24,000 bases of DNA from an uncultured Actinomycetes bacterium (GTDB lineage Bacteria; Actinomycetota; UBA4738; HRBIN12), in contig CAWGUD010000027.1 of assembly GCA_963825685.1 (NCBI GenBank), forward strand, positions 130,538 to 154,537, written 5' to 3'. Position 1 is the stretch's first letter. Each line of letters opens with the position of its first letter. Made by a program: the position numbers and the translations under genes. The notes below the pieces were generated by a model. It had not been told where the DNA came from and did not search any database. It was given only the letters and a program-made list of their open reading frames with translations. Shown here piece after piece: positions 1 to 9,595 of the stretch.

Positions 1-1677
1 GAAGGTCACGTCGACCACGTCGGGGAAGTGTTCGATCAGCTTGTCGGTGACGACCTCGCCCGTGTCGGTGGGCGTGAACCGCTTCTCCTCGAGCGTCACG
101 TACTCGCGTCGCTGGATCGTGTCGATGATCGATGCGTACGTCGACGGGCGGCCGATGCCGAGCTCCTCGAGCGTCTTCACGAGCGAGGCCTCGGAGTAGC
201 GGGGTGGCGGCTGCGTGAAGTGCTGATCGGGAAGCACCTCGAGCATGCGCAGCACCTGCTCGGCGGTGAGCACGGGCAGCGTCTTCTCGGCGTCCTCGTC
301 GGGCCCCTCGTCACGTCCTTCCTTGTAGACCCGGATGAAGCCGTCGAACGTCATCGTCTGGCCCGTGGCTCGCAGCCCGTACTCCACGTCGCCGGCGTGG
401 GCATCTCCGGGCTGCGCGGCGGAGGCCGCGACGATGTCGACGCCGACCTGGTCGAAGCGGGCCTCCGCCATCTGGGTCGCCGTCGTGCGCTGCCAGATCA
501 GGGTGTAGAGGCGCAGCTGGTCGCGATCGAGCGTGGCGGCCACCCGCTGGGGCGTGCGCAGCACGCTCGTGGGCCGCACGGCCTCGTGCGCCTCCTGCGC
601 GTTGCGGCTCCGGGTCTTGTAGCGCCTGGGCTCGGCGAGCGTGTAGCGCTGCCCGTACTCGGTCTTCACGAGCTCGGCGATCTCGCGCAAGGCGGTGTCG
701 GCGATGTTCACCGAGTCGGTCCGCATGTACGTGATCAGCCCGACCGTGCCCTCGCCCGGGATGTCGATGCCCTCGTACAACCGCTGCGCGAGCGTCATCG
801 TCTTGCGAGCGCTGAACCCCAGCTTGCGCGCGGCCTCCTGCTGCAACGTCGACGTGGTGAACGGCGGCGCCGGTGAGCGCTTGCGTTCCTTCTTCTCGAC
901 GTTCGCGACACGGTAGGTCGCGCGGCGGAGGCGATCGACGTGGGCGGCGGCATCGGCCTCGGCCGCGAGCAGCACGCCCTTCTTGTCGGGCGACGTCGCG
1001 AGCTTGCCCTCGGGCACCTGGGTGAGGCGGGCGGTGAACGGCTGCTCCGGATCGGCGGGCTCGCCGGGCGTGAGACGAACGTCGACGCTCCAGTACTCGA
1101 CGGGAACGAACGCCCTGATCTCGCGCTCGCGCTCGACGATCAGCCGCACCGCGACCGACTGCACCCGCCCCGCCGACAGCCCGGGACGGACCTTCTTCCA
1201 CAGCAACGGCGAGATGCGGTAGCCCACGAGGCGGTCGAGGATGCGACGGGCCTCTTGGGCGTCGTAGAGCTTCAGGTCGATCGCACGCGGCTGACCGAAC
1301 GCCTCGAGGATCGCGTCGCGGGTGATCTCGGTGAACGTCACGCGCTTCGCGGTCGTCGGGTCGACCCCCAGCAGGGTCGCGACGTGGTACGCGATCGCCT
1401 CGCCCTCACGATCGTAGTCCGTCGCGAGGATCAGATCGCCCGAGCCGGCCTTGAGGACCTTCTTCAGCTCTCCCACGTGACGCTTCGAGTCCTCGGGCAC
1501 CACGTAGTCCGGCGTGAACGCGTGCTCGACGTCGACGCCGAGGCCTCCGTAGCCCTTGCCGAGGTCACGGATGTGCCCATAGGAAGCCCGGACGGCGTAG
1601 TCGCCGCCCAGGTACTTCTCGATCGTCTTCGCCTTGGCGGGCGATTCGACGACCACGAGCGTCTTTCCGTTGGCCAT
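1..1677 (-). CDS. topA: DNA topoisomerase I, N-terminal 559 codons (3' end lies beyond the left edge)
   Basis: Absent from the ORF track because it runs off the window. Manual minus-strand translation from ATG 1677 is uninterrupted down to position 1. It reads MANGKTLVVVESPAKAKTIEKYLGGDYAVRASYGHIRDL...ILATDYDREGEAIAYH...RLVGYRISPLLWKK...GLITYMRTDS, i.e. a Toprim domain plus the type IA active-site Tyr motif. Confidence 0.95.
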   Translation of the reverse strand, partial: MANGKTLVVVESPAKAKTIEKYLGGDYAVRASYGHIRDLGKGYGGLGVDVEHAFTPDYVVPEDSKRHVGELKKVLKAGSGDLILATDYDREGEAIAYHVATLLGVDPTTAKRVTFTEITRDAILEAFGQPRAIDLKLYDAQEARRILDRLVGYRISPLLWKKVRPGLSAGRVQSVAVRLIVEREREIRAFVPVEYWSVDVRLTPGEPADPEQPFTARLTQVPEGKLATSPDKKGVLLAAEADAAAHVDRLRRATYRVANVEKKERKRSPAPPFTTSTLQQEAARKLGFSARKTMTLAQRLYEGIDIPGEGTVGLITYMRTDSVNIADTALREIAELVKTEYGQRYTLAEPRRYKTRSRNAQEAHEAVRPTSVLRTPQRVAATLDRDQLRLYTLIWQRTTATQMAEARFDQVGVDIVAASAAQPGDAHAGDVEYGLRATGQTMTFDGFIRVYKEGRDEGPDEDAEKTLPVLTAEQVLRMLEVLPDQHFTQPPPRYSEASLVKTLEELGIGRPSTYASIIDTIQRREYVTLEEKRFTPTDTGEVVTDKLIEHFPDVVDVTF

Positions 1678-1862
1678 GGCGGGGAACCTTTACGGGTCGT
1701 GGGGTGAGGGTGTCAAGCCCACCGGCGGGTGGGGAACCCGGCGGCGACCGTACCACCGGTCGGCGGCTATACCGCCCAACGTGGCATGCCGACACCCTTC
1801 CGGAGGCCACTGAACACGCTGGTACGGTCTGGATATTCCCGAGGTTCGGAGTTCGTGCACCC

Positions 1863-2540
1863 ATGCTCGATTGGCTCCATCAGTTCGTGATCGACACGGT
1901 CGCCGGCTACGGATACGCGGCCGTGTTCGTGCTGATGGTGTTGGAATCGGCGTGCGTGCCGATCCCCAGCGAGGTGACGATGCTCTTCGGAGGCGCGCTC
2001 GCGGCGCCCGGATTCGCGGCGCCGGGCGAGGAGCTCTCGCTCTTCTGGGTCGGCATGGCGGGGACGATCGGGAACCTCGTCGGCTCCTGGATCGCGTACT
2101 GGATCGGCGCTGTGGGGGGGCGGCCCCTCGTCGACCGGTTCGGCCGCTACCTGTTGATCCGCCCACACGAGGTCGACAAGGCTCACGACTGGTTCGAGCG
2201 CTACGGGGGCGCGGCCGTGTTCTTCTCGCGGTTGCTGCCTGTGATCCGCACGTTCATCTCGCTGCCCGCGGGCGTCGTCCGCATGCCGTTCTGGCGGTTC
2301 ACGCTCTACACCGTGCTCGGGTGCCTGCCGTGGACGTTCGCACTGGCCTGGCTCGGATACCAGCTCGGCGATCGCTGGGGGACGGTGGAGAATGCCCTGC
2401 AGCCGTTCTCGTGGGCCATCGCGGGCCTCTGCGTCGTGGCGGTTGCCTGGTACGTGCGCCGGCGGTGGACGAAGGTTCGCGCCGAGTACGCCGCGCTCGA
2501 CGCCGCCACCGTCGGCCGCGGGAGTGACCGCCGGGCATGA
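1863..2540 (+). CDS. DedA/SNARE-associated family inner-membrane protein
   Basis: Lies within ORF 1704..2540. I chose the internal ATG at 1863 (MLDWLHQFVIDTVAGYGYAAVFVLMVLESACVPIPSEV...FFSRLLPVIRTFISLPAG), a typical DedA core. The upstream extension is Arg/Pro/Gly-rich junk. Confidence 0.85.
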   Translation: MLDWLHQFVIDTVAGYGYAAVFVLMVLESACVPIPSEVTMLFGGALAAPGFAAPGEELSLFWVGMAGTIGNLVGSWIAYWIGAVGGRPLVDRFGRYLLIRPHEVDKAHDWFERYGGAAVFFSRLLPVIRTFISLPAGVVRMPFWRFTLYTVLGCLPWTFALAWLGYQLGDRWGTVENALQPFSWAIAGLCVVAVAWYVRRRWTKVRAEYAALDAATVGRGSDRRA

Positions 2541-2621
2541 CCAACTCACGCGCACACCGTAGAGGCCCTCCTGCTGCTGAGGGATGCGTCACCATGCACA
2601 TTCAGTAGCGTCCCGGGGCAT

Positions 2622-3566
2622 ATGCGTGACCGCCCGACAATCCGAACGGTCCATCATCGATCGCGCCTCCTGCGCAGAACCACCCTGACCGTCGTCGTCG
2701 TGATGGGTGCGCTCTCCGCAGGCTCCCTCCCCGCGGCCCAGGCGGTCCCGACGGTCTCCGCCGAACTCCTCACGACGACGAAGACGTCGGAATGGCGCTC
2801 ACCGAGCCCGGACCCCACCGGCCTCACGCTCATCCGTTCGACCAACCGTCTGATCGTGTCCGACGCGGAGATCGACGAGATCCCCAGGCTATGGAAGGGC
2901 GGGAACCTCTTCACCGCGTCGCGAAGGGGGGCGCTGATCCGCAGAGGCTCCGTGCTCCGCGCCACGCCCGAACCCGAGGACGTCGCCTGGCACGGCGGCT
3001 CACGTTCTCTCTACGTCGTCGACGACGACAGAGATCGCGTCTACCGCATCCGGGCGGGGGATGACGGCCGCATCGGCACCTCCGACGATCGGTCGCGGGC
3101 GATCCTCAGGACGAGGTCCTTCGGCAGCCGTGATCCCGAGGGGCTGGCGTGGCGGAGCCGCGGACGCACGCTGATCGTGACGGATGCCCGACGGGGCCGT
3201 GTCTCCACCGTTCGAGCCGGCCGGGACCGCAGGTTCGGCACGCCCGACGACGTCACGAACATGTTCGCCACCCCGCCGCTGGGACTCACGATCCCCGAAG
3301 ACGTCGAGTTCGATCCACGATCTCGCCATCTCTTCATCGTGAGTAGCGCCGAGGATGTCGTCGCCGAGACGACCATGCGTGGGCGTCTGATCCGCACGAT
3401 CGATCTCTCGGCCGCGAACGTCCACCGAGCCGCCGGTATCGCGGTCACGCCGAGTCCGACGGACCCCGGTGTGATGCACTTGTTCATCGTCGCGAAGGGC
3501 ACCGACAACGAGACGGACCCGATGGAGAACGACGGGAAGCTGTTCCGGTTCTCGTTCCCCACGTGA
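2622..3566 (+). CDS. Secreted repeat protein of unknown function (possible beta-propeller, YjiK/SdiA-regulated-like)
   Basis: 314-aa ORF with an N-terminal RR-containing signal peptide (SRLLRRTTLTVVVVMGALSAGSLPAAQA|VP). It has repeated blades of the type L(Y/I)VxD..R.RV(Y/S).(I/V)RAG.D.R(I/F)GT.DD and DPEG/IPED motifs. The functional family is a guess. Confidence 0.6.
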   Translation: MRDRPTIRTVHHRSRLLRRTTLTVVVVMGALSAGSLPAAQAVPTVSAELLTTTKTSEWRSPSPDPTGLTLIRSTNRLIVSDAEIDEIPRLWKGGNLFTASRRGALIRRGSVLRATPEPEDVAWHGGSRSLYVVDDDRDRVYRIRAGDDGRIGTSDDRSRAILRTRSFGSRDPEGLAWRSRGRTLIVTDARRGRVSTVRAGRDRRFGTPDDVTNMFATPPLGLTIPEDVEFDPRSRHLFIVSSAEDVVAETTMRGRLIRTIDLSAANVHRAAGIAVTPSPTDPGVMHLFIVAKGTDNETDPMENDGKLFRFSFPT

Positions 3567-3588
3567 ACAAGCGTCGAGCGCGGTCTGG

Positions 3589-4068
3589 CTACAGGTTGAC
3601 GACCATCGTCCAGTGATCGCCGTCCTCGGCGATCCGCTGGAAGCCGGCCCGCTGGTACATCATGCGGGACCGGTTGTGCACCGCGACCGAGAGCGAGAGT
3701 GCCTGGAAGCCCTCCTCGCGCGCCTGCACCATCGCGGAATGAAGCAGCGCGTGTCCGATGCCTTTGCGCCGATGCAGCGGCTGGACGGCCACGGAGAGCT
3801 CCGGCGTCTTCTCGTCGATGAAGCCGTACCCGGGTTCGTCCTCGGTGAACTGGCGGTACCAGACGGCACCCACGGGCTCGCCGTCGAGCTCGGCGATCAC
3901 ACCACCGTCGCCCGGACGCCCCCAGCCCTCGTGGTACCGACGCAGGACAGGTTCGTCCAGCACCTCCTCCATCGACTCACGAGGCCAGTCGGGGTTCCAG
4001 CGCGCGGCCTCGTACAGCATCGTCTTCAGGAAGTCGGCATCGCCCCTGGTGGCCGGACGGATGTTCAC
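3589..4068 (-). CDS. GNAT family N-acetyltransferase
   Basis: 159-aa ORF with a GTG start at 4068 preceded by GGGAGG 8 nt upstream. It carries the acetyl-CoA motif VQPLHRRKGIGHALL and ends ...MYQRAGF. Confidence 0.85.
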   Translation of the reverse strand: MNIRPATRGDADFLKTMLYEAARWNPDWPRESMEEVLDEPVLRRYHEGWGRPGDGGVIAELDGEPVGAVWYRQFTEDEPGYGFIDEKTPELSVAVQPLHRRKGIGHALLHSAMVQAREEGFQALSLSVAVHNRSRMMYQRAGFQRIAEDGDHWTMVVNL

Positions 4069-4125
4069 CTGGCTCGCCTCCCGCTTGGCTCACGGTGCAG
4101 CGGCAACCGTACCGCAGGCGGCGTC

Positions 4126-6489
4126 TCAGCTCGATGCCTCGCGCTCGGAGCGAGCCGACGCCCGAGCGGTCTCGAGCTGGTAGGAGACGCTCGTGAGGAC
4201 GACGCGATCCTCGAACAGGAACAGGCGCTTCACGAACAACGCGGTCTGTCCGTGCAGCGGCAGCTGCCACCACTTCGCCACGATGTACTCGGGGACCACG
4301 ACGTTCACGATCGTGTCCGCCCGCTCGGTGTACCGACGCACCTCGGCCAGCATCGGGATCGAGAGGTCGCGGAACGGCGCCTCGACGATGTCGAGCGGCA
4401 CGGCCTCGACGACGTCGAACCAGTCTTCGCCGATCGAGTGCGCGGCCTCGGGGTCGAGATCGAAGTAGACCGCCCTCGTCACGGTCGCGTCGAGCGTGCG
4501 GGCGTAGTTCACCGCCCGCACGGACACGTCGTTCACCGAGGAGAGGAACACGAGCGTCACGGTGCGCTGCGGGATCAGCGGCTTGCCACCGGCTCCCGAG
4601 GGGGAACCTTCCTCGAGCACGACGGGGACGTCGGTGACGACGACGTTGGGGGTGCGCAGCATGCTGGCCTTCAGGCGCACGAGGTCGCGGCTGCCCACGA
4701 GGTAGGAGAAGAAGCCCTGGGGACGCAGCAGCTCGGGGACGATCACGGTCACGAAGTCGTCGGGGCCACGGTCGATCCCCTCCACCACGCTCCGGACACC
4801 CGACGTGAGGTTCGAAGCCGCGATCGGCATCAGGTCGGGGATGCCCGCCCCGACGAAGGAGCGCCAGCGCGCCTGCACGTCGGCGGCGACCTCACCCTCG
4901 CGACAGGGGAAGACCGGCCGGATGTCCTCGGGGCGGAACGACCGCAGGTACCCCACCGCGCCGGCGGTCGCGACGTCGAAGTCGCGAACGAGCAGCACCA
5001 CGTGGTTCTCACCCGTGGCACCCGGTCGGACCCGCTTCGCGCTCAACTGGCGCCGCACGTTCGCGTAGTGGTGGTGGATCGAGTAGAAGACGGGCACGAG
5101 CAGCGCCATGATCAGGATCGAGAGCCACGCGCCGCTCGACCACTTCGAGGCGCCGACCACGATCAACACCACGAACGTCGTGACCGCCCCGACCGCGTTG
5201 ATCACGATCGATCGGCGCCACCCCTTCATCGCGGTGTCGCCCTTGCGACCCTCCGCGATCCAGTGCTTCACCATGCCCGATTGAGACAGCGTGAACGACG
5301 TGAACACGCCGACCACGTAGAGCCCGATCACCGCGTTCAGGTCCGCGTCGAAGATGTAGATCATCACCGCCGACAGCAGCCCGAGCACGAGCACGCCGTT
5401 GGAGAAGACGAGGCGGTCGCCGCGGTTCACGAACTGGCTCGGCAGGTACCGGTCGCGGGCCAGGATCGAGGCGAGACGCGGGAAGTCCTGGTAGGCCGTG
5501 TTGGCAGCAAGGATCAGGATCGCCGCCGTGAACACCTGCACGACGTAGAAGCCGATCGATCCGTCGCCGAAGACCGCGATCGCGATCTGCGCCGGCACGG
5601 AACGCTCTTCACTCGCGACGACGCCCTCGACGTGCGTCGCGAGCCAGGAGATGCCCATGAACATCGAGATCGCGATGCCACCCATGATCGCGAGCGTCGT
5701 CGCGGCGTTGTGCGCCTGCGGACGTTTGAACGCCGGCACGCCGTTGGAGATCGCCTCCACACCGGTGAGCGCGGTGGCGCCTGACGAGAACGCCTTGAGG
5801 AGCACGAACAGCCCGACCGCGCCCGCGGTCGTCGCCGCGTCGTGGATCGGCTCGACCTCGACACCCACCGCCGGGCAGCCTCCGAGGCACTGACCGAGCC
5901 CGAGCACGATCAACGCACCGATCGAGAGCACGAAGCCGTAGGTCGGGATCGCGAACACCACGCCCGACTCCTTGGAGCCGCGCAGGTTCGCGAGCGTGAC
6001 GAAGGCCACGAAGAAGATCGAGAGGGCGACCGCGTGCTCGTTGGCTGCCGGAATCGCCGAACCGATCGCGAACACCCCGGCCACGATCGAGACGACGACG
6101 GTCATCATGTAGTCGAAGAGCAGGGCCGCGGCGGCGACGAGGCCGGGAGCCTGGCCGAGGTTCTCCTTGCTCACGATGTACGCCCCGCCGCCCCCCGGGT
6201 AGGCCCGCACGGTCTGGCGGTACGAGGCGATCACGAGCGCCATCAAGAGCGAGACGGCTCCCGCGATCGGGAGCACGTAACCCTGCGGCGCCGTGGTCGC
6301 GATCGTGAGCACGAGGAGGATCTCGCCGGTGGCGTAGGCGACCGACGACAGCGCGTCGGACGCGAAGACGGGCAGCGCGAGGACCTTCGGCAGCAGGGTG
6401 TGTTCGAGGCGCGAGCTCGAGAAGGCGCGGCCGAGCACGACCCGCTTGAACACCCCGGTCGACGGCGCGGGAAGGTCGGTCCTGGCCAT
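4126..6489 (-). CDS. APC-superfamily permease, KimA-type K+/H+ symporter-like, with two tandem C-terminal cytoplasmic domains (paralogue 1)
   Basis: 787-aa ORF. Motifs: FKRVVLGRAFSS..LEHTLLPKVLALPVFASDALSSVAYATGE, SYRQTVRAYPGGGGAYIVSKENLG, LLKAFSSGATALTGVEAISNGVPAFKRPQAHNAA and LAANTAYQDFPRLASILARDRYLPSQFVNRGDRLVFSNG. As far as I recall these match B. subtilis KimA (YdaO) and M. tuberculosis Rv2690c-type proteins. Two 131-aa C-terminal repeats occupy nt 4615-5007 and 4174-4566. Confidence 0.8.
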   Translation of the reverse strand: MARTDLPAPSTGVFKRVVLGRAFSSSRLEHTLLPKVLALPVFASDALSSVAYATGEILLVLTIATTAPQGYVLPIAGAVSLLMALVIASYRQTVRAYPGGGGAYIVSKENLGQAPGLVAAAALLFDYMMTVVVSIVAGVFAIGSAIPAANEHAVALSIFFVAFVTLANLRGSKESGVVFAIPTYGFVLSIGALIVLGLGQCLGGCPAVGVEVEPIHDAATTAGAVGLFVLLKAFSSGATALTGVEAISNGVPAFKRPQAHNAATTLAIMGGIAISMFMGISWLATHVEGVVASEERSVPAQIAIAVFGDGSIGFYVVQVFTAAILILAANTAYQDFPRLASILARDRYLPSQFVNRGDRLVFSNGVLVLGLLSAVMIYIFDADLNAVIGLYVVGVFTSFTLSQSGMVKHWIAEGRKGDTAMKGWRRSIVINAVGAVTTFVVLIVVGASKWSSGAWLSILIMALLVPVFYSIHHHYANVRRQLSAKRVRPGATGENHVVLLVRDFDVATAGAVGYLRSFRPEDIRPVFPCREGEVAADVQARWRSFVGAGIPDLMPIAASNLTSGVRSVVEGIDRGPDDFVTVIVPELLRPQGFFSYLVGSRDLVRLKASMLRTPNVVVTDVPVVLEEGSPSGAGGKPLIPQRTVTLVFLSSVNDVSVRAVNYARTLDATVTRAVYFDLDPEAAHSIGEDWFDVVEAVPLDIVEAPFRDLSIPMLAEVRRYTERADTIVNVVVPEYIVAKWWQLPLHGQTALFVKRLFLFEDRVVLTSVSYQLETARASARSEREASS

Positions 6490-6498
6490 GGCGGCAGC

Positions 6499-8886
6499 CT
6501 ACGTGGTCGCCGGGGTCCCGGCGGTCGGGCTCGGGTCGGGCCCGACCTCGGGCGCCGACAGGTGGAACGGCACGCTCGTGACCACGACACCCGGCTCGAA
6601 GAGCAGCACCCGTTTGAAGAACAGGGCGGTCTGGTTGTGCAACAGGTTCTCCCACCAGTGTCGTGGCACGAGCTCGGGCAGCACGACGGTGACCACGGTG
6701 TCGCCGCGTGATGTGTGCGCGCGGATCTCTTCGAGCAACGGCGGACCGAAGTCGCGGAAGGGAGCCTCGACCAGCACGAGCGGCACGTCGAGCTGCCGCT
6801 CGTGCCACTCGTCCACCACGCCCTCGACCTCGTCGGGATCGGTGACCATGTAGATCGCCTCGATCGCGGTGGGGTGCAGCGACTTGCCGTAGATCACGGC
6901 ACGCACCGTCGGATCGTGCACCGCGGAGACGGGCACGAGGACCACCGTGCGCTCCGGCTCGAGCGGTCGATCGCCGAGCCAGGTCGGCCGCGCTTCCGAC
7001 GGCACGAGCGGCACGTCGGTCACGACCACTCGCGGCTCGAACAGCAGCGCCGTCTTCAGCAGGAACGCCTCCCGATGTCGCACGAACTGCCAGACCGTGT
7101 TGCGCGGAAGCAGCTCGGGGATCACGACCGTGAGGAATCGGTCCCGCTCGTGGCGAGGCACCGAGCGCACGAAGCGACGGACGGATCGGACGAGGTGCCG
7201 GTCGGCGCCTCGGAGCGGCTCCAGCTCGCCCATGCGGGGGGCGATCACCGACCACTCCGCCGCCACGCCCTCGAACGCATCGGCAGGGCCGACGTACAGC
7301 GCGTTGAAGCTGGTGGGGCGAACGGCCCGCAGGTAGGCGACCGCATCACGGGTCGCGAGCCCCAGGTCGGGCACGAGCAGCAGCATCGTGCCGCTCGCGG
7401 CGTCGCGCCCGGTCAGGCGGCGAGCCTGCAGCGCGCGCGCCACGTGCTCGTAGTGGCGATGCACCGCCCAGAAGAACAGCACGATGAACGGCATCGCGAC
7501 GATCACGATCCAGGCGCCCTTGGCGAACTTCGTGACCGTGACGACGACGAGCACGACGCCGGTCGTGGCCGCGCCGATGCCGTTGATCACGGCGCTCCGC
7601 TGCCAGCTCCCCTCCTTCGTCCGCATCCAGCGCCGGACCATGCCCGCCTGCGACAGCGTGAAGGCCGTGAACACGCCGACGACGTAGAGCTGGATCAGCC
7701 GCGTGAGGTTGGCGTCGAACGCCCAGATCAGCATCGCCGCGAGACCGGCGAGGACGACGACGCCGTTCGAGAAGACGAGCCGGTCGCCCCGGTTGCGGAA
7801 CTGCGAGGGCATGAAGCGGTCGCGCGCGAGGATCGAGGCGAGCCGAGGGAAGTCCTGGAACGCCGTGTTGGCCGCGAGGATCAGGATGCCCGCGGTGAAC
7901 ACCTGCAGCAGCAGGAACATGAAGCCGCCGCCGAAGACCGTGTCGCCGATCTGGGCCAGCACCGGCAGCTCGTGGACGATGTCCTCGCTGATCCGCACGT
8001 GCAGGAGCACGGAGAGCGCGGTGATGCCGAGGAACATCGTGATCGACATCGCTCCCATCACCGCGAGGGTGGTCGCGGCGTTCCTCGCCTGCGGCCTGCG
8101 GAACGCCGGCACCCCGTCGGCGATCGCCTCGACGCCGGTCAACGCGGTCGCACCCGACGAGAACGCGCGCGCGATCAGGAACAGCGTCAGCGTGTGCTCG
8201 ACCTCGAGGGGAAGGTCAGCGGTCTCGGCGAGCGGGCAGCCGCCCATGCAGCGGACGAAGCCCGTCACGAGCGTGATCGCGATCATCAGCACGAACCCGT
8301 AGGTCGGGATCGCGAACAGCGACCCGGCCTCCTTCACGCCTCGGAGGTTGGCGAGGGTCACGAGGGCGACGAGCGCGATCGCGATCGGCACGCGCATCGG
8401 TACGAGGGTCTCCGGTGCGACGGAGGCGATCGCCGTGGTCCCCGCGGTGATGCTCACCGCCACGGTCAGCACGTAGTCGGTCAGGATCGCGGCGGCGGCG
8501 GTGAGGCCGGGGATCGTCCCCAGGTTCTCGCGGGCGACGATGTAGGAGCCGCCGCCGGTGGGATAGGCACGCACCGTCTGCCGGTACGACGTGACGACGA
8601 TGGCCAGCAGCAGGGCGATCGCCAGCGCGATCGGCATCCTGAGCGTGAGGGCCCCGGCCCCGGCCGCCACGAGCACGAGCATCATCTCCTCGGTGGCGTA
8701 CGCGTTCGAGGAGAGGGGGTCGGAGGAGAAGACCGGCAGGGCGAGGAACTTCGGCAGGAGCTGGTGCTCGGCCTTGTCGGAGGCGATGGCCCGTCCGACG
8801 AACAGTCGCTTCAGGGGGCCCCCACCGACCCTGCGAGGGAGTTGCAGCTCTGCAGGCACGGCGAGCATCCTCGCACGTCGCGGCAC
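6499..8886 (-). CDS. APC-superfamily permease, KimA-type K+/H+ symporter-like, with two tandem C-terminal cytoplasmic domains (paralogue 2)
   Basis: 795-aa ORF, colinear paralogue of 4126..6489 with the same motifs (LKRLFVGRAIAS..AEHQLLPKFLALPVFSSDPLSSNAYATEE, SYRQTVRAYPTGGGSYIVARENLG, ARAFSSGATALTGVEAIADGVPAFRRPQARNAA, RGDRLVFSNG). Its stop lies 9 nt before the start of paralogue 1. The start is uncertain: GTG 8886 or ATG 8868. Confidence 0.8.
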   Translation of the reverse strand: MPRRARMLAVPAELQLPRRVGGGPLKRLFVGRAIASDKAEHQLLPKFLALPVFSSDPLSSNAYATEEMMLVLVAAGAGALTLRMPIALAIALLLAIVVTSYRQTVRAYPTGGGSYIVARENLGTIPGLTAAAAILTDYVLTVAVSITAGTTAIASVAPETLVPMRVPIAIALVALVTLANLRGVKEAGSLFAIPTYGFVLMIAITLVTGFVRCMGGCPLAETADLPLEVEHTLTLFLIARAFSSGATALTGVEAIADGVPAFRRPQARNAATTLAVMGAMSITMFLGITALSVLLHVRISEDIVHELPVLAQIGDTVFGGGFMFLLLQVFTAGILILAANTAFQDFPRLASILARDRFMPSQFRNRGDRLVFSNGVVVLAGLAAMLIWAFDANLTRLIQLYVVGVFTAFTLSQAGMVRRWMRTKEGSWQRSAVINGIGAATTGVVLVVVTVTKFAKGAWIVIVAMPFIVLFFWAVHRHYEHVARALQARRLTGRDAASGTMLLLVPDLGLATRDAVAYLRAVRPTSFNALYVGPADAFEGVAAEWSVIAPRMGELEPLRGADRHLVRSVRRFVRSVPRHERDRFLTVVIPELLPRNTVWQFVRHREAFLLKTALLFEPRVVVTDVPLVPSEARPTWLGDRPLEPERTVVLVPVSAVHDPTVRAVIYGKSLHPTAIEAIYMVTDPDEVEGVVDEWHERQLDVPLVLVEAPFRDFGPPLLEEIRAHTSRGDTVVTVVLPELVPRHWWENLLHNQTALFFKRVLLFEPGVVVTSVPFHLSAPEVGPDPSPTAGTPATT

Positions 8887-8905
8887 GAGCGACGAGCGGA
8901 TCGGG

Positions 8906-9595
8906 CTAGCCGGCGACCTCGGCCACCCAGCGATAGCCGACCCCCGGCTCCGTGACGATCAGGGCCGGGGCCTGCGCATCGTCGCCGAGCTTCTTCCGCA
9001 GGGCACGCACGTAGGTGCGCAGGTAGGTCGTCTCGGTCCCGTAGCCCTGCCCCCACACCTTCCGCAGGAGCCACTGATGGGTGAGGAGCTTGCCCGGGTT
9101 CGTCACGAGCGCCTCGAGCAGGCCGTACTCCGTGGGTGTGAGCCGCACCTGCTCGCCGTCGAGGGTCACCAGCCGACGGGGAAGGTCGACCTCGATCCTG
9201 CCGAACCGCAGCACGGGTGCGGATGGCTCGTCAGACTGCTTGCGGCGCATAGCAGCCCGGGCCCGGGCGAGGAGCTCCTCCATGCCGAAGGGCTTCGTGA
9301 CGTAGTCATCGGCGCCCGCGTCGAGCGCGGCGACCTTGTCGGTCTGAGATTCCCGCACCGAGAGCACGATCACCGGCACGTCGCTGAACCCGCGAACACG
9401 GCGGATCACCTCGGTCCCGTCGATGTCGGGGAGCCCGAGGTCCAGCAGCACGAGATCGGGCGCCTGCTCGGCAGCGCCGACGACCCCTTCCTCGCCGGTG
9501 CCGACGGTCGCGACGTCGTACCCGTGGGCCTCGAGGCTCGTGCGAAGCGCCCGTCTGATCTGCGGCTCGTCGTCGACGACGAGGACCAGGGTCAT
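8906..9595 (-). CDS. OmpR/PhoB-family response regulator, KdpE paralogue
   Basis: 229 aa with a receiver domain (VVDDEPQI...DLGLPDIDG...KPF) and a winged helix (LTPTEYGLLEALVTNPGKLLTHQWLLRKVWG...YLRTYVRALRKKL). By eye it is about half identical to the KdpE at 14866..15552. Its ATG overlaps the stop of the upstream kinase (ATGA). Confidence 0.9.
   Translation of the reverse strand: MTLVLVVDDEPQIRRALRTSLEAHGYDVATVGTGEEGVVGAAEQAPDLVLLDLGLPDIDGTEVIRRVRGFSDVPVIVLSVRESQTDKVAALDAGADDYVTKPFGMEELLARARAAMRRKQSDEPSAPVLRFGRIEVDLPRRLVTLDGEQVRLTPTEYGLLEALVTNPGKLLTHQWLLRKVWGQGYGTETTYLRTYVRALRKKLGDDAQAPALIVTEPGVGYRWVAEVAG

Noticed and set aside
3613-5784. 723-aa plus-strand ORF, with similar long ORFs at 28..1707 (+), 5609..7255 (-), 6715..8955 (+), 9727..11311 (+), 15984..18740 (+), 18197..20953 (+) and 21605..23473 (+)
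   Set aside because: All lie antisense to, or out of frame with, genes that have clear family motifs. Their translations are Arg/Gly/Asp/His/Pro-rich low-complexity strings, typical of stop-poor alternative frames in 70% GC DNA.
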